A stretch of 64,000 nucleotides of DNA, from contig JAYWIR010000024.1 of assembly GCA_036172245.1 (NCBI GenBank), positions 1,488,001 through 1,552,000 on the forward strand. Reading direction: 5' to 3'. Below the pieces are notes generated by a model. It saw only the letters and a list, made by a program, of their open reading frames with translations. It was not told where the DNA came from and did not search any database. The first letter of the stretch is position 1; the number at the start of each line of letters is the position of its first letter. The position numbers and the translations under genes were made by a program. Positions 51,140-61,061 of this stretch are shown here, one piece after another. Origin of the DNA: Raillietiella orientalis (Eukaryota).

Positions 51140-51700
51140 TAGGAGGAGAAACAGGGCACTAAACCGTCCTTCTTCCTTCGTCCTTGGCGGTCTTCCAGCC
51201 ACGCTGCCGAGTGCTCGTAAGGGCAAGCGACCTCCAGCACGGCCACCTGCCCCCGCCCCGTGCGTTCACCATCGCAAAAAAAAATATAACGGCCAAACAC
51301 GAGAATCGGCGGAGGAAGGTTCCCTTCGTCTGCGCACGAGAACTCAAGTGGGAGTTCCGCTTGCAGCACGTGCTCATCGTGCTCCTGCCCGGGTCGCGCA
51401 GAGACACACACACGCACACCCCTGCAGTAGCCCCGCGTGATCGGGGTGACCACGAAGACAGTTGCGTCGAGACGCCGCTGCTTGCCTTCCTTCCCTCTTG
51501 CAGAAGGCAGGAAAAACTCTCCTCCCTCCGAGGATCTGTGGGTGGGGTGGTTCTTTCGAACCATCCGTCACCAGCAGATTCCTTCCTCCGACTACCCTTC
51601 CACAGAAGGGGTGCTGTCCATTCTGAATGAGTCGAGAATTGCAGATTGCGGTCGATGCTGGATGAGAACCCCGTCCAGGTTTCCCTTCCAAGATGCGACA
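51140..51700 (-). mobile_element. Remnant of a restriction-like-endonuclease (R2/R4/NeSL-type) LINE C-terminus
   Basis: EHDEHVLQ (CCHC-finger-like) followed by GQVAVLEVACPYE, resembling the D/E-V-x-x-P motif of RLE domains. A second similar segment (GQLAVLEVARAFD) lies at ~52690-52730 (-). Confidence 0.45.
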
Positions 51701-52599
51701 GACTCCACAGACGCAGACGAGCGTCCAGAAAACGAAGTCTAGCGGGGCAGCATTGCCGGGTCGCGAAAATCCCAGAGCGTGTCAGCAGCCTCGTTCGGGG
51801 AGGCGGAGGCGGTGCCGACGTCGGTGCCGCAGAATGGGACCACAGCCTGGTGGCAGCAGGGGTATGCGGAGCATGGACCACCAGCTGTGGAGTCGCAGGC
51901 GGCAGGACGGCACTAGAAGATTCCAGTTGGTCCGCGCCACCGGAAAGTCGGATGGGACTCTAGCTCACACGGGCAAATGGGTCCGTCTGTGGGGCGCATG
52001 GCGACGGCGGCGGCAGTGTAACATTGCGGGTGTCACGGCAGAGACCCAGGACAGAACGTGTCTGTTGCTGGTTAGCAAACGCATTTGGAGAAACATCAGC
52101 CGAGCAGAAATAAGAGCCGTAGAGGTAGCGGCAGGTGGCACCCTTTAGGGCGTAGTTCCGTGGAAGCACCCTCGGATCTGCAACAACTTCAAGAGGAAGC
52201 CCCGCTTGAGAGCATTTTCTTGGATGCTGCTCGAGATCTTTCGAGGAAATGCTCCCCATTCGCGAACGTGCCATCATCTATTGAATAGGGATCAATGAAG
52301 GAAGCTCCTCCTCGCAAGCAGAAAAGTGGACGCTTCTGCAATTGGCCATGGTTGGACCACAAAAGAACGGCTACGTAGAAGTTTCATCCTTTCCTCCATC
52401 TCCTAAGCGATTGGGAGCTTCAGCCGACCCTATAAGGGGTCAGTTTCACCGGCGTGACGTAGTCGCCTCTTCCGCCGGTAGGGGGAGCTGCCGCTTACGA
52501 AGAGAATGGCCGGGGCTCCGGCAGACTCTTCTCCCGCAACTCGCAGGAGTTTCTGGAACGCGTCATCCGCCTTCCTTCCAGTGTCCCGCCTGGCACTGA

Positions 52600-53190
52600 C
52601 GCCCGGACCTACTTTGGGCGAGAAGTGGGGAGCTGCGGTTTCGGTCCATCACTTTCCCCTTCCGTGGTCGCTTTTCCCTCCGAAGCCGGTCGAAGGCGCG
52701 GGCGACTTCGAGGACGGCAACTGGCCCTCCCCCGCCTTACGGCACGCCGTGGTGAACCCTGAGCTCGCCGACTCCGCGGCGAGCGGAAGGCACGGAGGTT
52801 CTCGAGGGAAAGCGGCTTCCCATCCAAACAACGCCGCGCGCTTCTCGTGGCAGAGGGAACCCAGGAGCCCGGGAGTGCTGGGGCGGCTGGAAGGTTGGGG
52901 GAGATGGTCGAAGTGGAGCGAAAGCGAGCGCCAAGGTGCAATCGCGCGCCTGCTGGGGATGAGGGATTCTCCAGCCGGTCGGAAGAGGAAAGCTGGACCG
53001 GAAGCCACTGTTTGGCTTCCGGTCGTGAGGCGGAAGGCGAGCGGCTGCGCGCGAACTCTCCCGAGGGAACGTTCAGAGGCAGCCGGTTCTCCGACGACTG
53101 GGTTTATTAGAAAAGGAGTGATCAGTTTGAAAAACTGTACACGTCGCACGAGGTTCGGCCGGTTGGCCGCGTCTTGGGTGCGCGCGCGAC
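52600..53190 (-). mobile_element. Second RLE-type LINE remnant, directly downstream of the Patched-family stop codon
   Basis: Minus strand GGGCCAGTTGCCGTCCTCGAAGTCGCC resembles GGGCAGGTGGCCGTGCTGGAGGTCGCTTGC at ~51250-51225. Confidence 0.35.
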
Positions 53191-53222
53191 GAGGTTCCTC
53201 GCCAGCAGGGGGTGTGGGGTGC

Positions 53223-56200
53223 TCAGGTGATGAAAGACTCCGACAGCTCCGTCTCCTTGGTCACCTGGAAAACACCGCGACAGAAAAACGGGATCGTTCC
53301 CTCCTCGCGAGAGAGGAGAGGAAAGGAGCGACGGAGGCAGGGACGCTTCCGTACTTCCTTGCTCATCTTCTTCTGGTCCATTGAGAACTCGCCGGATGCC
53401 GCCCGTCCGCGAGACCCCAAGCACGTCTTCGTGGGCCCGAATATGCTCAGTACGACGGGCAAGTACATGAGCCCGTGGTATAGGCCCCACACGACGACCG
53501 AAAGGAACACCTGGAAAGACCTCAGTGAGCTCGGCGCGGTGCCGCTGGCAGCGCCAACGCGGCCAGAGGGTTGAAAGAATGAAAAGAAACCCCTCTTTTT
53601 TCTCGAAGGGAAAAGAAACGATGCCCTCTAACGCTGCCCACGCCACCAGAGGGTGCGCGTTAATGCTTCAGGATAGGGGATAACCCCGTTGGGACGCCCT
53701 GTGAATCCGGAAAGGGTAATTAAGTGCTGAAGAACCGTTCGTCTCCGTAGGGAGGGTCCACGAAGCCCTTTAGAACTGCCCACACCACCGGGAAGTATGT
53801 ATAGTGACTCTTTCAATTTAGAAGGGAACCATGTAGGGACTACCCCATGGATCCAGGAAAGCTCCAGAGGAAAGGAGTCCGTTCCTCTTACTCTTGGTAG
53901 GGGACTTCGTAGGGAACCTCTTCCTTATTCTCTCGGAGGGATCCCGATTTGTGGGGCCGCTCCTCGTGTCTTCTCCAAAGGGAACACGGAAAGAATCCGC
54001 TCCTAAAATACCCTCTCCAGAGAAAACTCCCGCAAGGAAATCGCTCCTGTTTCCTCCTCTGAAGAGAACCCCGAAGGGACGCTTCCCAATTTTTCTGGAA
54101 TGTGCCCCCCGAAAAGAGCAGCGCGCTTCTTGCACTCTGGAAAGGCAACCCCCAAAGAGGGTATCAGCCAGCTCCAGGGTACTCTTTCCGAGAGGAACCC
54201 CGAAGGAACTGGCTCCTTGATTCCTGGAAGGACTCCGGAAGGTCAACTTCCAATGCCGGCTGGTCAACAGGAGCATCCGAGGGTTTTCGGCTTCCATCGT
54301 TGCCGCGCCCGAATGGGCCAACCGGCGTCATCCTGCGGGGAGGGACTCGAATCCACGACGCCTCCCCCCTTTCTCGATGCCGGTCCTTCCCCGGGTGGAA
54401 TTCGAATCTCCGCCGCGAGCAGAGGTCGCAGCCACGCGGTCGTCAACGCAGCCTCTCAAGGGGTCCTCATCAGAGAGGGTGGGTGTCAACATACCATCAT
54501 GTGATGCGAGTGCGGAGTTCACTGGTGAGCCAACAGAAACCACGGGGTTTGGGAATGAAGGAAATCGCATTTTCCGTTGCTGCCTCGCTGTCTTCCGCGA
54601 CTGTCCGCAAGAGATGGGGGGCGCGGAAGACGTCAGAAGGTTTTTTTTTTTTTTTCGTTTTTCCGAGCGCCACCCATCCGCCTGGTCTCTCCGCGCGCCT
54701 ACCGTGAAGCGACCCGGGACCCCCTGCGAGAGATCCTCCGCTTCCCTTGCCAGGGGACCCCTCGACCTCATTCCAGAAGCGCCGCTGGGGGAGGGGTCCA
54801 CGAGCTGCAGCAGGAAAGCGTCTGGGTTCATTCCGCGGTATCAGCGTGGAGGAGGACTGCGCCCGTCCTGGGGCGAGGAGAGGACGCTGGGCGGAGGAGC
54901 AGGTGCATCCAGGAGGTGCATTTGGAGGCAAGAGTGGCGGCGTCTCACAGGCAGCCCCACGCCGCCGCGACGGAGGCAGCGCTGCGCGAACGTTCCAGGG
55001 TGCCAGAGGGACCCACGGAAATGACCTCGAGAGGCTTCCTGAGGGCAGGAAATATCCAGAGGGGAGGAATTTGTGGGGGGAGGGGGGGAGAACCTGGTGC
55101 GTCCGTGGAAGAGCAGCCATCCCTTCTGACTCTGGAAACGCCTTAGTAGGGGGGAAGGGCGGAAAGCCCCCCCTTCCGCATCCCCTGGAGGCGATTCGCT
55201 GCTCCTCTCGGAGCGCGCAAGAGCTTCGCTGGAGTGGCCAGCACAGGCGCCCGGAAGAAAGGACTTAGGAGGAGGTGCGTTCGAGAAGGACTATGAGAGC
55301 TTCGTCCCCACCCTTTCAAGGTCGACCTCCACAAGGAGAGGAGGGGAAGATGATGACCCCGGGCCGCCGGCCCCTCGTACCTTGAAGAAAGCGAGGAACA
55401 CGTAGGACGAGCTGTTGGCCAGGAGGATGAAAGCCAGGAGGGTGCTGATCCCACCGTTGAGGACCGCCGGCCCCATTTTGGCCGCGGCTTGGATGGAACG
55501 CTCTGAGGGCGCAGGAGAGAGGAGCACCAAGTGACGGAGGGAGCTCCTCCTCCTCCGAAGGGGAGGAGAGGTGGGATGGGGAGGACGAACGAACCTTTCC
55601 GGGAGCCGCTCCCCAGCATATACACGTGGCCTATGTGGGCGGCGTAGTCCACCGCCAGGCCCACGGTCAGGATCAGCTCGATGGACGAGCAGATCTCCAA
55701 GGTGAGGCCCCAGAAGTGCATGGTGCCGGCCACGTCCAGAACCGTCAGGAAGACGCACGAGACGACCCAAAAGGACACCTCCAGGTTCCCGATGAAGAGG
55801 AACGTGGTGAATATCACAGCTGCCAGGGTGAGCCCCATGTTCCGCAGGAGCTCGCTGGAGATGGCCTGAGGAAAGAAGAGGCGAAGGTCAGGAAACGCTC
55901 CGAGGCTCTTTTCCTCGCGATCGCGACCTTGTTGGCCTCCCATTTGTTGTAGACGTCCGAATAGACGATTGGGTGAGGCGTGTCCGAGCTGTTCAGCTCG
56001 ATCTCGTTGCAGATGGCGCGGAGGCTGGCCAGGCTCTGTAGCTCTTCCTTCGTGTTAGACAGGGGGACGTGATGGAAGTGGAGCATGGACGCCTGGAGGC
56101 AGAAAGAAGCGAATCCGATTCTTCTCCGTTCCCTCGCGCCTCCGGAAATCCCCCGCCCTCGCGCCGGGGACGCCAGGAACTTGGCCCCCGGAGGCATTCC

Positions 56201-59200
56201 CGGACGGCAGGGAAAGGCAGAGGGTCACCGAGGGCACGACGGCGCACCCTGAGGACGCCGAAGGAGAAAGGAGACGACCCCCCAAATGCGAAGCCACACG
56301 AACGCGCCCACGGGATGTTCGCCGGATGAGTCGCCGTCCGAACTGGACCCGGAGAGGTCGGACTGCGGAGATGAGGGACGCTTCCGCCTCGCGTCAGATG
56401 CAGAGGACTCCAACTCTGCCCCAGGGCCCGACGACTGTGCCTTTTGTGAATGGAGCGCAGGCGCGCTGTCCACCTCCATGGGTCGAGGTGGGTCATCTCA
56501 AACGACAGTCAGCTCGGCCCAACGGGTGCCAGTCTTGGGTCGAGCGCCAAGAAGCGCTAGTGACCGCAGACGAGCACCTGCATGGACCGGGACGATTCGC
56601 TTCCCAGCAAGTCTCTTGGGGCCGCACCGCCCTCTCCGGAAAAGCGCATGGAATCGCCCGAGACAGCGTGATGCCACCACAGCAGCAGGCCAATGCGAAG
56701 ACGACGTAGAAACTCCCAGACTCTTCGCGACAGACCACTTGCAGCCCGTCCGACAACCGGACTTGCGCCGGGGTCGCGCGACATTTTAACAGGCGGGGCA
56801 GCGCTCTTGCCCAATGGGCTGCAAAAGCGGTCCGCGTGAATGCCTGCAGTCTCGGCACGAGCACGATAACAAGAACAGCCTATCAGGAAGTACACCAGAC
56901 CCACGAAGGTGTCACGACGGCCGTGAGGAAGCCTCAGTCAAGGCGGGGAAACCGCGGAGGTCAAGTTCAGCTGACCTCCCAGGGAAGGAAGTGCTGGGTC
57001 GGCGCCTCGGAAGTTACGCGCCAGCAGTAAGAGTGTCGCAACCATTTCGGCCGCATGCACGCTCCCTTCTGTGACTTCCGTATCCCTGAAGTGTGCACTT
57101 CCGACCTCCCCCCAAAGTACCCGCGGCGCGCTTCTCCGAGCCCCTTGCATCGCGGCAATTCCGGCACCGTCGGCTTGTCCGCGACCTATTCGGCGCCGCC
57201 CGCTGAGGTTTCTGAGCCACGGTCCAGGTGGCTCGGTGCGTCCGTGATGCCGACGCTTCGGCGCCAAGTCGGTATCGTCGATCACCCGGGGAATTAGTCC
57301 CTTCCCTGTCCAGGAGAACCTCCTGGATCCTTGAACCGCCTTCCGGCACGCTTTGCCTGTGGTCACGCGCACGCCCCGGCACCTACAGCATGCCTCCGGA
57401 GGTCCTCCTCCGTCGACTACCAGACGGGAACGCGGCCACTTCGCGTGGCGAAGTGCTCGACAGACGCTGCTGGTGGAGGAAGACCGCGAAGAGTCTGCGC
57501 CCACATCCCCGCGCGCGCGAGAGGCGAATGGGACAAGCCCGCACGGCAGTCCTTCTGATTTCAAGGAAGCTCGTCACTCCCCCCCCCCCCCCCCCCCTTG
57601 AGAGTCAGAGTCAAATCTGATCCTCCTTGGTGGGAAAGGAGGGCCTTTTCCTGCTTCGGGGGCGCCGCTCGGGAGAGCGTCCCAGTCGCAGGATGCGCAG
57701 CGCGAGATCAGCTCCGCTCCTTTCCACTCCCTCAGGAAACAGGGGCGAAGGGGGGAGGGGAGTCACCTCATCGTTTGTTGGACCGGCGCGGAAGTCGACT
57801 CTAGACGGGGCAAGAAGGAGATTCCGGGAGTGAAACTCTGCGCGCCCGTTCTGCACCTCCTCGCGCTCACCTCGGCGGGGACGGAAGCGGAAGGGAGGGG
57901 AAAAAAAACCCCACTCACCCTGATTAACGATGTGTTCCTGGCGGAAGGATCGAATTTTATGTCCTTCAGGTACTTCCTCCCGTCCGCGTAGAGCAGGAAA
58001 CCCGCCAGCTGGTTCGTGAAGTCCTCGTGAGAATCCGGGAACTCGGCTGGAACAAGACGTTCGTCGGGTCACTTCACCCGGCGGCGTTCGAAAGGCTCCA
58101 CCGATCACCGTCACGCAGGGCGAAGCCGAACTTTGGCAACTGCGAAGGCCAGCGGGTGTCTCCCTTTCGCAACAGGCGAGTGGGAGTTGGCGCCGGCCGT
58201 TCGCAAAAGGCAGGGAGGGGACCGGGAAAAGTTTCTTACTTCGGATGCTTTCATTGATCCACTTCTGGAACGCGCTGTACCAGAATTCCACGGACCCCTT
58301 CTGGATGAACGGGCTCTTGCTGAGGTTCTCGTACAGCAGGTTCATCTTGTCCTTCTCTTTCACGTAGTCGATGTAGCCTGGAATAAAAGGATGCGCCGGG
58401 CTGGAGATGAGCGTGGACATGCATCCACGGGCGCGTCGACTCTTCGCACGCGATCGCTGAAGGGTGGCGGAGGTCACGCGCGCGCAAGGAGCGAACAGGC
58501 GCTGAATCGACCCGAGGCTTTGAGAGGAATCGTTCTGGTGCGTGGCCTCGGACTAGAGACGCCCAAGTTCCTGACGACCGCCGCCATTCCGGCTCCAAGA
58601 AACATCGCCGAGGAGTTCTTTCATGGCGAGGAAATTCCACGCAGGACCAGAATTCCAGGAGCATCTTTAAAAGCATTCCCCACGGCCACCACTGTGTCTT
58701 GCCATCCCGTCGGCAAGCAGAGGTTGTTTATCTTCCAGCTTTTTTTTTTTTCTTTCTAATTAGCCAAGTGCTGAGGGAGTTCGCTTAGGAGTTCATGAAG
58801 CTCATTAACGTTGTCCACACCACCAGAGGGTGTGTGTAGCTCTTCACATTAGAGAATGACCCCGGAGGGACACCCTTGAACCAGGAAGACTCTGGAGGAA
58901 GGAGTCCGTTCCTCTTACTCTTTGGAAGGAATCCTGAGGGAAACCCTCCACTCTGGTTGTTCTCGATAGGAACCTCGTAGGAAACCTCTTCCTCATTCTC
59001 CCCGGAGGACCCCTGGTTTGTAGGGCCATTCTTCGTTTCTTCTCCAAAGAGCACTCGCAAGGGAACCACTCCTGTTTCCTCCTCTGAAGAGAACCCCGAA
59101 AGGACGCTTTCGGAATTTCCAAGAAAGGAGCCTCTCCGAAGGGAGCGGTGAGCTTCTCTGCACTCTGGAGAGGTACCACACCTACTCCATGGTACGAGAC

Positions 59201-61061
59201 GGAGGGTGCCCCGAAGGGGGGATCCTCTCCTTTGCATGACCGCAGGGAAACTACCCACTCCCTGATTCTGCTTCCTGGAAGGACCCAGAGGTCGACTCCC
59301 ATTGTCCCGGTCCTCATCGGGGGCATCCGGTTTGAACCGCTACCCGTGTCGCACCCGAATAGAGGCCAACCAGCGTCATCTTGCAGGAGGAACTCGAACC
59401 CACGACGCACCCCCATCTCTCGGCATCGATTTTTTCCGAGTATTCGAACCCGCGACGCTTGGTACCAAGCGTGGTGACCATAGCCACATGACCTCCGACG
59501 CGCGCTTCGATGGCACTGCCGTCCAGAGCACATCTGCAGCCGGAGAGGAATCCTTTTCTACTCTGAAACCTCTTCGCTCTTCAGCAAGTGAACGCGTGAT
59601 CAAGATGTCTTTCTCGAACCTCCTCCTCCACAGCTACCCCACTTCCACAGCTGCAAGATGCCGCAAGAAGACCCTCAGAAGGGGAGCTCGGCGCTCGACC
59701 CTGACGGGACTGAACCCTCCTGTTGCCGGCGGAGCGCGCATCAGCGCCTGACGTCAGAGACGACCATCTTGCCAGCCCAAGAACTGCTCTACAGGAACCC
59801 GCCGCCGCGGTCACTCCCTTCGAATGCAAAGTGAGGACTGCCGCGGATCCCGAGTCCAGACCGCCACATGCATCGTCCATGGTTAACGCTGGGGACCGTC
59901 CGCCTGGGTACGTCCAACATCCCCAAATATTCCACAAGTATGGCGGACATGATGTGGACTCCCACCTCGAGGGTTCACAGCCAACCGATTCCCGGGAGGG
60001 CGGCAGGTTAGCGCTGGGGAAGAAAGCGCCCTCCGGCGGATTCCTGACCGCGGGAGGGGAGAGGTCGGTAGGAGTGCAACCTCCTCGTCACGGGGGTACG
60101 GCAGTAAATCCCTGGCAGTCCGTCGCTTGTGGTGCGCCCGTCCTCACCTATGTATACGGAAGAGGAGTGTCCGCTCTGCGGGAAGAACTTGAGGAAGGCG
60201 TCGTTGAAGCGCCTCTGGTACGACGTCTCCTTCAGGTAGGACATGGGGTCGAAGTCCTGCTCCCACTGCACCACTCCGTAGGCCATCAGGGAGGTGATGC
60301 CGACGGTCACGACAAGCACGCACGCCTACGGGAGGCAGCACCCGCAATCAGCAGAAGAAAAGGGTGGTCCCCCTACTTTCGCGTAGGCGTTGGTCACCAG
60401 GAACTTGAACGTCCTCTCCATGAACGTGCTGAGGGACATCAGCGGTAGCTTCGCGTCCGCGGCGGCGTCACTCGCCAGCGGCACGCAGCAGCAGGCGTCC
60501 CGTTTCTTCTTGACGCGCCTCTCGTCCAGAGCCATGCAAGAAACGAAGAAGCTCATCTGGAAGACGAACAGCAGCAGGGTTCCCGTCAGCGCGAATATGC
60601 AGAACGATCTGAGAGCGGGAAGAATCTGCGATGTGACGAGTATGACTCCGTGGGGCGGGGATGCGGAGGGGGAGGGGGAGCGGCGGAAGACCATCCTACC
60701 GTCGTGGCGCCGACCCCGAATGCGGCGACGTCCGTGAAGGTCGTGATGGTCATCGAGAGGCCGGAGTGGCGCAGGGACTCCCCGATCGTTTCACGGACGG
60801 AGAGCGGCCTTTCCGACTCGTCCAGATTGTACCGTGCCTGGGGGCAGGAGGAAAGAGAGGCTCCTCTTGGCCCGGGGTTCGCTCCCGTCTCCCGTCACTC
60901 ACCTGCATCATGACGAAGACGTTGTCCACTCCTATTCCCAGTATGAGAAACGGGAGAATAGGATGTATCGGTCCATATGGCAGACCCAAGTATGAGCACA
61001 ACCCGTAAGAAGCAAAAATGGCCATACTTACGATAACCATTCCGGAGAGAGACAGGTACAT
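53223..61061 (-). CDS. Patched/NPC1-family (patched-related, PTCHD3/PTR-like) sterol-sensing-domain membrane protein, 5'-partial, at least 10 exons
   Basis: Exons 61061-60903, 60837-60700, 60625-60377, 60325-60148, 58377-58240, 58046-57919, 56092-55928, 55865-55595, 55502-55381, 53510-53223 join in frame with GT-AG introns. Motifs: ILPFLILGIGVDNVF, SMTITTFTDVAAFGVG, LPALRSFC, MALDERR, VGLAVDYAAHIGH, GPAVLNGGISTLL, GLYHGLMYLPVVLS. A further in-frame intron may exist near 53354-53265. Upstream exons were not located. Confidence 0.92.
53690..54440 (-). mobile_element. Long SINE-like repeat (family A) inside a Patched-family intron
   Basis: Minus-strand GATTCGAATTCC (~54408-54397) and GGATTCGAGTCCC (~54354-54342). 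Body matches 58760-59470 (TCCTGTTTCCTCCTCTGAAGAGAACCCCGAA shared). Confidence 0.7.
57380..57530 (+). mobile_element. Possible RLE-LINE zinc-knuckle remnant in intron
   Basis: RLPDGNAATSRGEVLDRRCWW...HI resembles the R2-type LPTxxRxSRGR...CR..C...HI region. Weak and short. Confidence 0.25.
58735..59490 (-). mobile_element. Long SINE-like repeat (family A) inside a Patched-family intron
   Basis: Minus strand TGGCTATGGTC...GGGTTCGAATAC (59451-59440), then GGGTTCGAGTTCC (59401-59389), the conserved body, and an A-run followed by GCTGGAAG at ~58750-58733. Confidence 0.72.
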
